Assembly (NCBI RefSeq): GCF_023169545.1 | Contig: NZ_AP019769.1 | Coordinates: 600,001-632,000 of the forward strand | Source: Nanobdella aerobiophila | GTDB taxonomy: Archaea > Nanobdellota > Nanobdellia > Nanobdellales > Nanobdellaceae | Reading direction: 5' to 3' | Length of the DNA: 32,000 bases | Shown here: positions 1 through 8,710 of the stretch, piece after piece | Layout: each line of letters begins with the position of its first letter | Position numbering within the stretch: position 1 is the stretch's first letter | Notes under the pieces: generated by a model | What the model was told of the DNA's origin: nothing | What the model saw: only the letters and a program-made list of their open reading frames with translations | Database searches by the model: none | Translations under genes and position numbers: made by a program

Positions 1-198
1 AATAATAACATTACTAGTAGTTATATTTATACATGCGTTACCAGAACCTGTCACTGTTAAATTCTTAGTTAAATAATAATAACCAGGAGAACTAATCGTA
101 AAACCACAAGAACTTATGGGTGTAGCAGAAAATACTTTAAAATTCACTAAAAGTAAAAGGCTAACCAATGATAATAAATATTTATATATTTTATTCAT
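1..198 (-). CDS. N-terminus of secreted protein, probably beta-helix/NosD-like surface protein (partial, runs off window start)
   Basis: Not in supplied ORF track. Reverse strand reads MNKIYKYLLSLVSLLLLVNFKVFSATPISSCGFTISSPGYYYLTKNLTVTGSGNACINITTSNVII: hydrophobic signal peptide followed by a C-G-x-x-I-S-S-P-G-x-Y-Y-L-x-x-x-L / C-I-x-I-x-x-S-N-V motif typical of archaeal parallel beta-helix surface proteins. Confidence 0.6.
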   Translation of the reverse strand, partial: MNKIYKYLLSLVSLLLLVNFKVFSATPISSCGFTISSPGYYYLTKNLTVTGSGNACINITTSNVII

Positions 199-231
199 TC
201 AAAATTTATTAAAAAAAAATCTTATAAATAT

Positions 232-2454
232 TTAGTGAACACCTTCTGGAATTCCTTTTCTTTTCCTTATAGAATCTATTATTTGTTGTTGCAAGTCTTT
301 TGGTACTCTCTCAAATAATTGATCCTCTAAATACCATACTCCTTTACCAGATGTAGTAGACCTTAATTCATCAGTAAATCCAAACATATTTGCTACAGGT
401 ATCTTAGCTTTTAAAGTAGATCTCTCTTCTTGAACATCCATTTCTAATACCTGTCCTCTCCTAGATTGTAATAATGATGTAACATCACCTACCGTTTCTG
501 GAGGTGTATCTATTCTTATAATTTGTAATGGTTCAAATAATGCAGGTTGTTCTAATATTGCTTCTTTTATTGAATCTTTAGCTGCAGGAATTATTTGAGC
601 AGGACCCCTATGTATTGCATCTTCATGTAATACTGCATCAATTAATTTTACTTTCATCATTATTGTTGGCTCCCATGCTAAAGGTCCTTGTTCCATAACT
701 TCCTTAAATCCTTGTACAATATATTCTATTACTTCTGGTAAATGTACTAAACCTCTAGTCATATCTATCAATACATTTCCATTTTGTACCATAATTATTC
801 TTCTAGCTTCTTCTTTATCAAAACCAATTTCATTAAATACTTTCCATAAATCTTCTTTTTTTATTCTTCCTTCTTCTATCTTACCTTCCCTTATATATTC
901 TCTTAATTTTTCATATATATTTGGATCTAAAGGTTCTATCTGGAAATATATTTTATTATGTTTATTTGGAGACTTACCTTCATGTACCTGCGTTTGTTTT
1001 AATACAGATTCTCTATATACAACTATTGGCTCACTTACATTTATAGGAATTCCAAAATCATTTTGAACCCTATATTCTAATATTTGTAAATGTAAGTCTC
1101 CTAAACCTGAAACCAATATCTCTCCTGTATCTTTCTTTTGTTCTACCTTTATTGTTGGATCTTCTCTTCTCATTAATTCTAATGTTTCTATTAATTTTGG
1201 TAAATCATTTGGATTTTTTGGTTCAAATGATTTTGTAACTACAGGATCTAACCAATGTTTTAATTCTTCAAATGTTTCTACTGATTTTGGATCTTGAACT
1301 TTTGCTACAATTGTTTCACCTGGATATAATCCTCTTATACCAACTAAAGCAATAATATTACCAGCTTTAACAGAATCTACATTTAATCTTTGTATACCCT
1401 TCCATATTGCTACTTGCTGTATTTTCACTGGTCTTCCAGCCTGGATTAAATATACATCATCTCCCTTGTTTAATGTTCCCGAAAACATTCTAGCAGTAGC
1501 AATTTCTTGTTTAGATATCTTATCTATAATTACATTTGTAACATTTATAACTAAAGGTCCATTTGGATCTGTATTTTCCATAGCTTTACCAACTTCTGAA
1601 TTTATATTACCTTTCCATATATGTGGGATTCTATATCTTTGAGCTTCTATTGGAGATGGTAGATGATTTATAACCATATCCAAAATTACTTTTGCTACAG
1701 GAGCTTTTTTTCTCATTTCTTCCCTTAATTTTTCCTTATCATTATCGTATTTTGTGTATATATCTATTATATCTTTAAACGAAACATTATTTTTCTTCAT
1801 ATATGGTAATGATAATGCCCAATGAAATTTTGCAGACCCAAATGCTACAGAACCATCTACCACATTTACATTCCATTTACCTTTAAATTCTTGGGGAGTA
1901 TACTTTTCTATCAACCTATTTACTTCTATAACTATATTACCAATTCTTTCCATTATTTGCTGCGGACTTAATTTTAATTCAGTTATTGCTCTATCAGCTT
2001 TATTTATAAATAATACTGGTTTTACATATTCTTTTAAAGCAGTTCTCAATACAGATTCTGTTTGAGGCATTATTCCATCTACAAAATCTACAACAACAAT
2101 TGCACCATCTGACGCTCTAGCAGCTCTAGTGACTTGTCCGGAAAATTCTACATGTCCTGGTGTATCTATTAAATTTATTAAATAGTCTTGATTTTCAAAT
2201 TCATGAACCATAGATACTGCAGCACCATATACTGTCATTTCTCTCTGTTTTTCTGTTTCATGCCACCAGGTAAACATTGCCTCACCAGCAAGCTCTTCTG
2301 CTAACATTCCTGCACCGGCCAATAAAGAATCTGTCAATGTAGTTTTACCATGGTGAATATGGGCTATTATTTCCATATTTCTAATATTCTTTGGATTATC
2401 CATGACTTTCAAGACTTTGTCTGTCAATGACGCCATTAGTATTTTTTTATTCAA
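232..2454 (-). CDS. fusA: Archaeal translation elongation factor 2 (EF-2)
   Basis: 740 aa. GTPase motifs AHIHHGKTT, DTPGHVEF and NKAD; domain IV diphthamide-site motif LHEDAIHRGPAQIIPA. Internal Met (MASLTDKV) may be the true start. Confidence 0.97.
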   Translation of the reverse strand: MNKKILMASLTDKVLKVMDNPKNIRNMEIIAHIHHGKTTLTDSLLAGAGMLAEELAGEAMFTWWHETEKQREMTVYGAAVSMVHEFENQDYLINLIDTPGHVEFSGQVTRAARASDGAIVVVDFVDGIMPQTESVLRTALKEYVKPVLFINKADRAITELKLSPQQIMERIGNIVIEVNRLIEKYTPQEFKGKWNVNVVDGSVAFGSAKFHWALSLPYMKKNNVSFKDIIDIYTKYDNDKEKLREEMRKKAPVAKVILDMVINHLPSPIEAQRYRIPHIWKGNINSEVGKAMENTDPNGPLVINVTNVIIDKISKQEIATARMFSGTLNKGDDVYLIQAGRPVKIQQVAIWKGIQRLNVDSVKAGNIIALVGIRGLYPGETIVAKVQDPKSVETFEELKHWLDPVVTKSFEPKNPNDLPKLIETLELMRREDPTIKVEQKKDTGEILVSGLGDLHLQILEYRVQNDFGIPINVSEPIVVYRESVLKQTQVHEGKSPNKHNKIYFQIEPLDPNIYEKLREYIREGKIEEGRIKKEDLWKVFNEIGFDKEEARRIIMVQNGNVLIDMTRGLVHLPEVIEYIVQGFKEVMEQGPLAWEPTIMMKVKLIDAVLHEDAIHRGPAQIIPAAKDSIKEAILEQPALFEPLQIIRIDTPPETVGDVTSLLQSRRGQVLEMDVQEERSTLKAKIPVANMFGFTDELRSTTSGKGVWYLEDQLFERVPKDLQQQIIDSIRKRKGIPEGVH

Positions 2455-2593
2455 AATAATTTAAAAAGGATCCTATATCTAAAAATTTCATTTTTGATAT
2501 AATAAAATTTTAAAAAGATAAAATAAGATCTACTAATAGAATGCCATATTTTTATAAATATAAAAATTTATTATAATTGCATAAAAAAGATAT

Positions 2594-2770
2594 TTATTTT
2601 GTTATTTCTAATTCGAAAGGAGGAGCCTTAAACTCTACCTTTTTATGATGACCATCACAATACGGCTTATTCTCTGAATGCCCGCATCTACATAAATGAT
2701 ATATAGCCTTTCCATCTACATTTACCTCATATGGTCCATTTTCAAATCCTCTTATAACAACTCTTGCCAT
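2594..2770 (-). CDS. CDGSH-type iron-sulfur domain protein (58 aa)
   Basis: Not in supplied ORF track. Reverse strand reads MARVVIRGFENGPYEVNVDGKAIYHLCRCGHSENKPYCDGHHKKVEFKAPPFELEITK, containing C-x-C-x2-(S/T)-x3-P-x-C-D-G-x-H. Confidence 0.93.
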   Translation of the reverse strand: MARVVIRGFENGPYEVNVDGKAIYHLCRCGHSENKPYCDGHHKKVEFKAPPFELEITK

Positions 2771-2808
2771 TTATAAATTTAAAATAATATCCTTAAAAAT
2801 TTATTCTA

Positions 2809-3399
2809 ATGATAAATAAAAAATATATAATAATATTATCTGGTATAATATCTATAATAATTACAATAATATTAATATTACAAAATAATATGTATAATCA
2901 AGAACTTACAATAAAAATAAATAATAATAATTTAACATTATATAAATTAAATTTATATTATGAAGGATGTTATAATCTAACCATAAAAAATGGATATTTT
3001 ATAATATATCCTATAAGTTCTGCAGTTAATTTTTCTATGCCTACATACAATTATTTAAATACAACAAATATAATATATTGCAACGAAGATATATCATATA
3101 ATATAACAACAAATTTCTGCTCACCAATTGCCTGTCCAACTATATGTACTACAAATGGTTGTGTCAAATGCAACTATTGTAATAATTTTACATATTACAT
3201 AAATATAAACTATCCGATAATAATCGGAGAAAATAATGATTATATATCTAGTTCATCTATAGGAAATATAGTAATACTTAAATATGATAATAATGTATAT
3301 TCAACAAATAATGATATAATAATTAATAATATAGATAATAATTCAATATATTATATTATTAGCTTATATATAAATGATATAAAGAAGATTATTGTATGA
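2809..3399 (+). CDS. Hypothetical membrane-anchored, cysteine-rich extracytoplasmic protein
   Basis: 196 aa; single N-terminal TM/signal anchor, then N-glycosylation-like N-x-T/S sites and a cysteine cluster (FCSPIACPTICTTNGCVKCNYC). ATGA overlap with the next gene. Confidence 0.75.
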   Translation: MINKKYIIILSGIISIIITIILILQNNMYNQELTIKINNNNLTLYKLNLYYEGCYNLTIKNGYFIIYPISSAVNFSMPTYNYLNTTNIIYCNEDISYNITTNFCSPIACPTICTTNGCVKCNYCNNFTYYININYPIIIGENNDYISSSSIGNIVILKYDNNVYSTNNDIIINNIDNNSIYYIISLYINDIKKIIV

Positions 3400-4061
3400 A
3401 TCTGGCAGTATTATATTCGGGTGGGAAAGATTCTAATTATTCATTATTTATAACTTCTAAATATTACAAGGTATCTGTATTATTAAATATTATTCCAAAA
3501 AATAATGAAAGTTATTTATATCAATATATAAATAACAAAATAACATTATTGCAGGCAAAAGCATTAAGTATAGATATATATAGAGCAGAAGTAAATGAAT
3601 CAGAAGAAAAAACATTAAAAGAAGCTTTAATATATCTAAAAAAAGAATATAATATTGATGGATTAGTAACTGGTGCAATAAGATCCACATACCAAGGATC
3701 TAAATTTCAAAAAATTTGTAAAGATTTAAAATTATGGTGCTTTAATCCTATATGGTTAATAAACGAAAAAATATATATTAAAGAATTAATAAAAAATAAT
3801 TTTGAATTTATAATTACGGGATGGTATTCTTACCCATTAGATATAGATATTTTAGGAAAAAAAGTCAATACATATATATTAAATAAACTAATAGAATATA
3901 ATAAAAAATATGGAATAAATATAGCTGGAGAAGGTGGGGAATATGAAACAATAGTACTATACCAACCACTATTTAAAAAAAGGATAAATATAGAAAAATA
4001 TAGGATAAATATAGAAAAAAATTATGCCGAATATATTATAGAAAAAGCTAGTCTGATATGA
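3396..4061 (+). CDS. dph6: Diphthine--ammonia ligase / adenine nucleotide alpha-hydrolase-like PP-loop ATPase (Dph6)
   Basis: N-terminal AVLYSGGKDSNYSL PP-loop; VTGAIRSTYQGSKFQKIC; GEGGEYETIV typical of Dph6 (DUF71). Confidence 0.88.
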   Translation: MNLAVLYSGGKDSNYSLFITSKYYKVSVLLNIIPKNNESYLYQYINNKITLLQAKALSIDIYRAEVNESEEKTLKEALIYLKKEYNIDGLVTGAIRSTYQGSKFQKICKDLKLWCFNPIWLINEKIYIKELIKNNFEFIITGWYSYPLDIDILGKKVNTYILNKLIEYNKKYGINIAGEGGEYETIVLYQPLFKKRINIEKYRINIEKNYAEYIIEKASLI

Positions 4062-4582
4062 TAGGGGTAATATATACAAATAAATATAAATTGTCTAGAA
4101 GAGAATTTCTAAGACCTATATTATATATATTGAAAGAAAATAAAATTAAATATAAAATATTTTCATATAAAAAAATAGCTAATAATGTAGATAAAATAAT
4201 AATTACAGGAACTGCGATAATGGATTTTGATTATTTAAATTATATAGATAATTTTAAGTTTATAATAGAAAAAGATATAAAAACACTAGCAATATGTTCT
4301 GGATCACAAATTATAACAAAATTACTAGGTTATAAATTAATAAATAAAGAAATAATTGGAAAATATAATATAAATCTAGTAAATGAGAATATTTTTACAG
4401 ATAAAGATTTTGAAGCATATTTTTTAATAACTAAGGTACCCCAAATAGATAAAAAATTTAATATATATGGAAAACTAAACAATATCCCCGTATTTTACAA
4501 TTACAAAAATATATATTTTACATTATTTCATCCAGAAGTTTTAAATAAATATATTATATTAAAATTTCTATATAATATATAA
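4058..4582 (+). CDS. Divergent class I glutamine amidotransferase-like protein (GuaA N-terminal-subunit-like)
   Basis: 174 aa; nucleophile-elbow-like AICSGSQIITKLLG and terminal FHPEV; overlaps dph6 by 4 nt. Confidence 0.6.
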   Translation: MIGVIYTNKYKLSRREFLRPILYILKENKIKYKIFSYKKIANNVDKIIITGTAIMDFDYLNYIDNFKFIIEKDIKTLAICSGSQIITKLLGYKLINKEIIGKYNINLVNENIFTDKDFEAYFLITKVPQIDKKFNIYGKLNNIPVFYNYKNIYFTLFHPEVLNKYIILKFLYNI

Positions 4583-4585
4583 TAT

Positions 4586-4692
4586 CCCTACCGAGGGTAA
4601 CCTTAGATTTATGAAAAGGTAGAGTTGGTGGGGGTACATAATGAAGATGCCATGTCCCAGTCTGATATATGATGAAAGGAGTAGCTACAGAT
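4586..4692 (+). ncRNA. Candidate structured non-coding RNA (possible C/D- or H/ACA-type; class unresolved, strand assumed)
   Basis: Intergenic island of about 44% GC (46 of 105 nt by hand count) in very AT-rich surroundings. CTACC...GGTAG pairing encloses GAGG-GTAA-CCTT (GNRA-type loop). Also contains ATGAAGA, CTGA and ATGATGA with box-like spacing. No ORF. Confidence 0.4.
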
Positions 4693-4739
4693 AAAAATAT
4701 TAATAATTATTAAAACAAAATTAATTTAATATAAAAAAT

Positions 4740-6638
4740 TTATTCTTCTATCTTCTCTTTCTTATTTCCACCTCTTCCTCTTGATTCTAATAATACTGCA
4801 GCTATTATTATTATCGCAACTGCTACTAATATCCAAAATACTATCGATTCTAAATTATATGTAGGTGTTATTAATTGTTCTCCCGTCGAAGTATATGTTT
4901 GATTTAATGAATATAATATCTCTCCATTATTTGCATTTATTACATCTACATAAACTGTTACATTTCCAGATTCTGCTGTTACATTTAATGGTATTGTCTC
5001 TGAATATGTTCCACCTATTTGTACATTTTCTTCCTTTGGATATACTTTTCCACCTACTGCATATGATTGTATTATTAAATTATATATTGATGTTGTATTT
5101 GCTGTTAGTATCAGGTCTATTGTTGTATTCTGACCAACTGATAATGGTTGGTATGCTTCTAAAGATGCTGATATTGGAGTATATACAGGTACTGATCCAT
5201 TTACATATATATTATATGGATATACTTCTTGTGCTCCATTATACAAGAATACAATATTTAATGGATAATAACCTGCCTGTAGATTATTTGGTATATATAT
5301 TACCACTGGCAATTGCTCTACTTGATTTGGAGATAATGTAATTGTTGATAATTGCTGATTTATATTTAATTCTTCTGATTGTATCATTGGGGTTACCTGT
5401 ACTTCCATTGGCAAACTATCTTGTAATTGTATTTGCAATTGTACATATGATCCTGGTAGTATATTATATGTATTTGGTTCTACTGATATTACATTAACTG
5501 GATTTATTGAATTTTGATCTATTGCTACAGTATAATTATATTGATTTACTACAACTCCATTTTGATATAAATATAATATTATATTGTAATATCCTGGACT
5601 TAATTCTTCTGTATTTAATGGCAATGTTATCTCAGATTGTTGACCTGGTTGTACATCTTGTGAATTCATTAAATTATATTCTAGATATCCATATTCATTA
5701 TATAATAATAATTGTACTGTTGCATTTACAGTTTGATATCCTGAATTCTGTAATAATAAATTTATATCATATATTGAGTTTCCTAATGATTGCAATGAAT
5801 TAAAGTTTGGCGATATTGATAATACCTGTAAATTTTCTCCATTTTCATTATTCGATATATAGAATGATTGTTCTGCTACTTGGTTTAATACCTGACCATT
5901 ATCCAATACTACAGTTAATTGTTCTTCTGCATATAGTTGTCCATATATATTTTGTAGATCATAGTTTGGAACATTTATTGTCAATAAATTCTCTCCCGGC
6001 TGTAATTGTACATCTTCCTGTGTCTGATATACAATACTACCATCTTGACCATATAATGTCAGTGTCAATGTAGCTGATTGTATATTTGTCCCTATATTTT
6101 GTAGATAAGATACTGACTGTATATTTAATCCATTTTCAGATGCTTGTACTGATGATATTACTTCTGGTAAATTTACCATCGATAATGTAAAATTATATGG
6201 TACAAATGTAATATTATAACTTTCCTGACCTGTAGCTATATCTTCAACTCCATTAGAATATATTAATGATACATTTGCCTCTACTGTGAAATTATTGTAT
6301 CCATTAGAATATTCTTGAACTAACTGCTGTAATTGTAAAGGATTTACAGATATATCATATATATTTAATCCTGTTCCTACAGTTACTGGCTCATAATATT
6401 GATACACTAATTGTCCATTTGGTGCAAATATATCAAAATATAGGTATGATTCTACTGGTACCTGATTCACTCCTAATAACTTTACTATAAATGTCATATT
6501 ATTCATAGAATTTGCCAATAATGTCTGCGTCTGTGGTTCTATTATTATTTCCTGCGAATATACTGCTAATCCTACTATCCCTAATGCTCCTAAAACAAAA
6601 GAAAGCTTCTTAAGTGTTGTCACTAGTCGATTATTCAT
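4740..6638 (-). CDS. Large secreted/surface protein with C-terminal membrane anchor
   Basis: 632 aa; N-terminal signal-like helix, beta-rich Asn/Gln/Tyr-rich body with many N-x-T/S, C-terminal TM (SIVFWILVAVAIIIIAAVLL) and basic tail. Antisense + ORFs are compositional shadows. Confidence 0.85.
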   Translation of the reverse strand: MNNRLVTTLKKLSFVLGALGIVGLAVYSQEIIIEPQTQTLLANSMNNMTFIVKLLGVNQVPVESYLYFDIFAPNGQLVYQYYEPVTVGTGLNIYDISVNPLQLQQLVQEYSNGYNNFTVEANVSLIYSNGVEDIATGQESYNITFVPYNFTLSMVNLPEVISSVQASENGLNIQSVSYLQNIGTNIQSATLTLTLYGQDGSIVYQTQEDVQLQPGENLLTINVPNYDLQNIYGQLYAEEQLTVVLDNGQVLNQVAEQSFYISNNENGENLQVLSISPNFNSLQSLGNSIYDINLLLQNSGYQTVNATVQLLLYNEYGYLEYNLMNSQDVQPGQQSEITLPLNTEELSPGYYNIILYLYQNGVVVNQYNYTVAIDQNSINPVNVISVEPNTYNILPGSYVQLQIQLQDSLPMEVQVTPMIQSEELNINQQLSTITLSPNQVEQLPVVIYIPNNLQAGYYPLNIVFLYNGAQEVYPYNIYVNGSVPVYTPISASLEAYQPLSVGQNTTIDLILTANTTSIYNLIIQSYAVGGKVYPKEENVQIGGTYSETIPLNVTAESGNVTVYVDVINANNGEILYSLNQTYTSTGEQLITPTYNLESIVFWILVAVAIIIIAAVLLESRGRGGNKKEKIEE

Positions 6639-6643
6639 AAGTA

Positions 6644-7447
6644 TTATTTATTATAAAAAGACTTATAAACGTTACTACCCTTTAAAAGGTATAGATCACT
6701 ATCACCGGGCAAGTATATTATAATATCATTATGATCAATTTTAAAAATTTTACTTAATTCCTTGGCTATATCTAGTTGCTTTTTATTTCCAGGAACCACT
6801 ATTGCATAATTTTGATATTTTTTTGTTATTACTTCTGGAACTCCAGAAAAAATTTCGTAGTTATCAAAAGATAAAGCTATCTCTAGCTTAACATTCTTTA
6901 TATAATTTTTATTCCCATATATCATAAATGATCCTTTATTCAAATACTCTCCAGATGGTGCTTTCTTAGATACCTGATCTGGATATACATAGTATACATC
7001 TATTGAAGAAAACTTATTTTTCCAGGCTCTAGAATATGAAGCCACAAATTTTGCCGATTCATATATATCTTCTTCTCTGGCTTTTCTACCATTTTTTAAA
7101 ATACCAAAAGGAGAACCTGTAATCTCTGTATGAAAAACAATATCATTATCTTCGAGATATTTATTTATTATTATTTCATTTGTTATAGAATCTTTCCCGG
7201 CAATCAATAGAAAATCATTTGAAGTTTTTGTCCATCTGAATTTTTCATACCATTTTCTGTTTTTCTTCTTTTCTTCTTTCTTTTTCTCTATGACTATGTT
7301 TTCTTCAATATTATTTAATTTTTCATTATAATCCTTTATTATTTCCTCTATCTTTTTCTTCTTATCTTTTAAGACTTTTAATCTACTATAGATATCGTTT
7401 ATATTTTCATATATTGATTTCCTTCTATCAATTTTTATTTCCAACAT
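6644..7447 (-). CDS. NFACT-R (DUF814) half of archaeal NEMF/Rqc2 homolog; N-terminal NFACT-N/HhH region absent
   Basis: 267 aa; coiled coil then WYEKFRWTKTSNDFLLIAGKDSITNEIIINKYLEDNDIVFHTEITGSPFGILKNG...AKFVASYSRAWKN...DVYYVYPDQVSKKAPSGEYLNKGSFMIYGNKNY. Confidence 0.93.
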   Translation of the reverse strand: MLEIKIDRRKSIYENINDIYSRLKVLKDKKKKIEEIIKDYNEKLNNIEENIVIEKKKEEKKKNRKWYEKFRWTKTSNDFLLIAGKDSITNEIIINKYLEDNDIVFHTEITGSPFGILKNGRKAREEDIYESAKFVASYSRAWKNKFSSIDVYYVYPDQVSKKAPSGEYLNKGSFMIYGNKNYIKNVKLEIALSFDNYEIFSGVPEVITKKYQNYAIVVPGNKKQLDIAKELSKIFKIDHNDIIIYLPGDSDLYLLKGSNVYKSFYNK

Positions 7448-8247
7448 ATATTATAGAATAAACATTTTTTACATGCATCTTTATAGACCTTTCCAGGATC
7501 CTTTTTCTCTTCTATCATATTATATATCTTATCTTTGGTATATAGTATATTTTCTATTTCTTTTTTATTTGTGAACTCTATTTCTTTTTTATAATTATCT
7601 TTAGCATATAATAAGTATCCTTTATTTATCTTATACTTTGGATACTCATCCTTTAATAATAAGTAATATGCATAAAGCTGAGTGACATGTTCTCTCCTAT
7701 AAAATCCAGATTTTATTTCATAAGGTATCATTTCATCTTTATATATCTCTATTCTATCTACCCTACCAATTATATTATTTTTTAATGATGTAACATCTAT
7801 TTCTGTAACCAATTTTGGTTCTAGATTTTCCCATAATTCTATACCATATAAATCACTCTCCAATATAAAATTATATACATTTTTTGCCCTCTCTTCTATA
7901 TCTTTACTAACATAATTATATGATTTTATCTTTATCTTATTCTTATCCAATTTCAATTTCTGAATTTCTTCATCAAATTCCAATAGAATATCCTCAATTA
8001 ATTTATATGTAAATTGATTATATAAATTTAATATATATTCATAACCTTTATTTTCCTTTATACTATATATTATATCTTTTTCTTTATCATTTATCCTATC
8101 AAATATAGAATGAACAATAGATCCAAAAATCTTCTGTTCTGTACTTTCTTCTTCATAATGCATAACCCTTTTTAAATAAACCTTTCTAGGACAGAAATAA
8201 TAATCAGTAATATCTGTTACTCTAATAAATATATTATTTAATACCAC
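7435..8247 (-). CDS. Cas4-like / RecB-family PD-(D/E)XK nuclease with predicted 4Fe-4S cluster
   Basis: 270 aa; VTDITDYYFCPRKVYL, GRVDRIEIY, PYEIKSG, QLYAYYLLL and C-terminal CKKCLFYNIC. Confidence 0.88.
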   Translation of the reverse strand: MVLNNIFIRVTDITDYYFCPRKVYLKRVMHYEEESTEQKIFGSIVHSIFDRINDKEKDIIYSIKENKGYEYILNLYNQFTYKLIEDILLEFDEEIQKLKLDKNKIKIKSYNYVSKDIEERAKNVYNFILESDLYGIELWENLEPKLVTEIDVTSLKNNIIGRVDRIEIYKDEMIPYEIKSGFYRREHVTQLYAYYLLLKDEYPKYKINKGYLLYAKDNYKKEIEFTNKKEIENILYTKDKIYNMIEEKKDPGKVYKDACKKCLFYNICWK

Positions 8248-8315
8248 AATATGATATATTATATTATTTTTATAAATATATAATATTTATAAAGACCTGT
8301 AGAAAATAATATGAA

Positions 8316-8519
8316 ATGGTAAAAATAAAGATAAACAGAGATTTATGTATAGGATCAGCAGCTTGTGTTGCAGCATGTCCAGAAATATTCTATCTAGACA
8401 ATGATGGAAAGGTTGCATTAAAATCGGACAATGTTGATGAAAATAAAGATCCTGAACTAGCAGAAAAAGTAAAAGATGCTGCACAGTCCTGTCCAACAGG
8501 AGTAATATCCTTAGAGTGA
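8316..8519 (+). CDS. Small single-cluster ferredoxin (C-x2-S-x2-C-x3-C ... CPTG type)
   Basis: 67 aa: CIGSAACVAACPEIF...QSCPTGVISLE. Confidence 0.93.
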   Translation: MVKIKINRDLCIGSAACVAACPEIFYLDNDGKVALKSDNVDENKDPELAEKVKDAAQSCPTGVISLE

Positions 8520-8710
8520 GAGTTAGAGTAGATAAAAATACATGTATAGGGTGCGGTACATGTATTGCCATAGCTCCAGAAATTTTTGATTTTGATAAAG
8601 ATGGGAAATCAATAAACAAAATAGAGGAGATAGAAGATGAAAAGTTGATAGAAGAAGCCAGAGATTCTAAAATTGCCTGTCCAACAGGATCTATATTTTT
8701 GGATGAGTAA
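8516..8710 (+). CDS. Small [4Fe-4S] ferredoxin (C-x2-C-x2-C ... CPTG)
   Basis: 64 aa: TCIGCGTCIAIAPEIFDFDKDGK...IACPTGSIFL. Confidence 0.93.
   Translation: MRVRVDKNTCIGCGTCIAIAPEIFDFDKDGKSINKIEEIEDEKLIEEARDSKIACPTGSIFLDE

Noticed and set aside
3490-3690. Antisense or alternate-frame ORFs inside other genes (3490-3690, 8287-8619, 9368-9559, 10409-10678, 10816-11115, 11155-11391, 13048-13242, 13889-14182, 14204-14485, 15625-15915, 18224-18979, 20260-20547, 22560-22769, 25059-25271, 25823-26029, 26563-26917, 27189-27671, 28343-28528)
   Set aside because: No recognisable motifs, biased composition, overlap with genes that have clear family signatures.
4586-4692. RNase P RNA or SRP RNA identity for the GC island
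   Set aside because: Lacks conserved RNase P CR motifs (e.g. ACAGAAA/AGAGGAAAG) and the SRP helix 8 motif, and is too short for both.
4865-6073. Three ORFs on the + strand opposite the 632 aa surface protein
   Set aside because: Leu/Ile/His-rich low-complexity translations, antisense to a coherent signal-peptide/TM protein. Typical AT-rich shadow ORFs.
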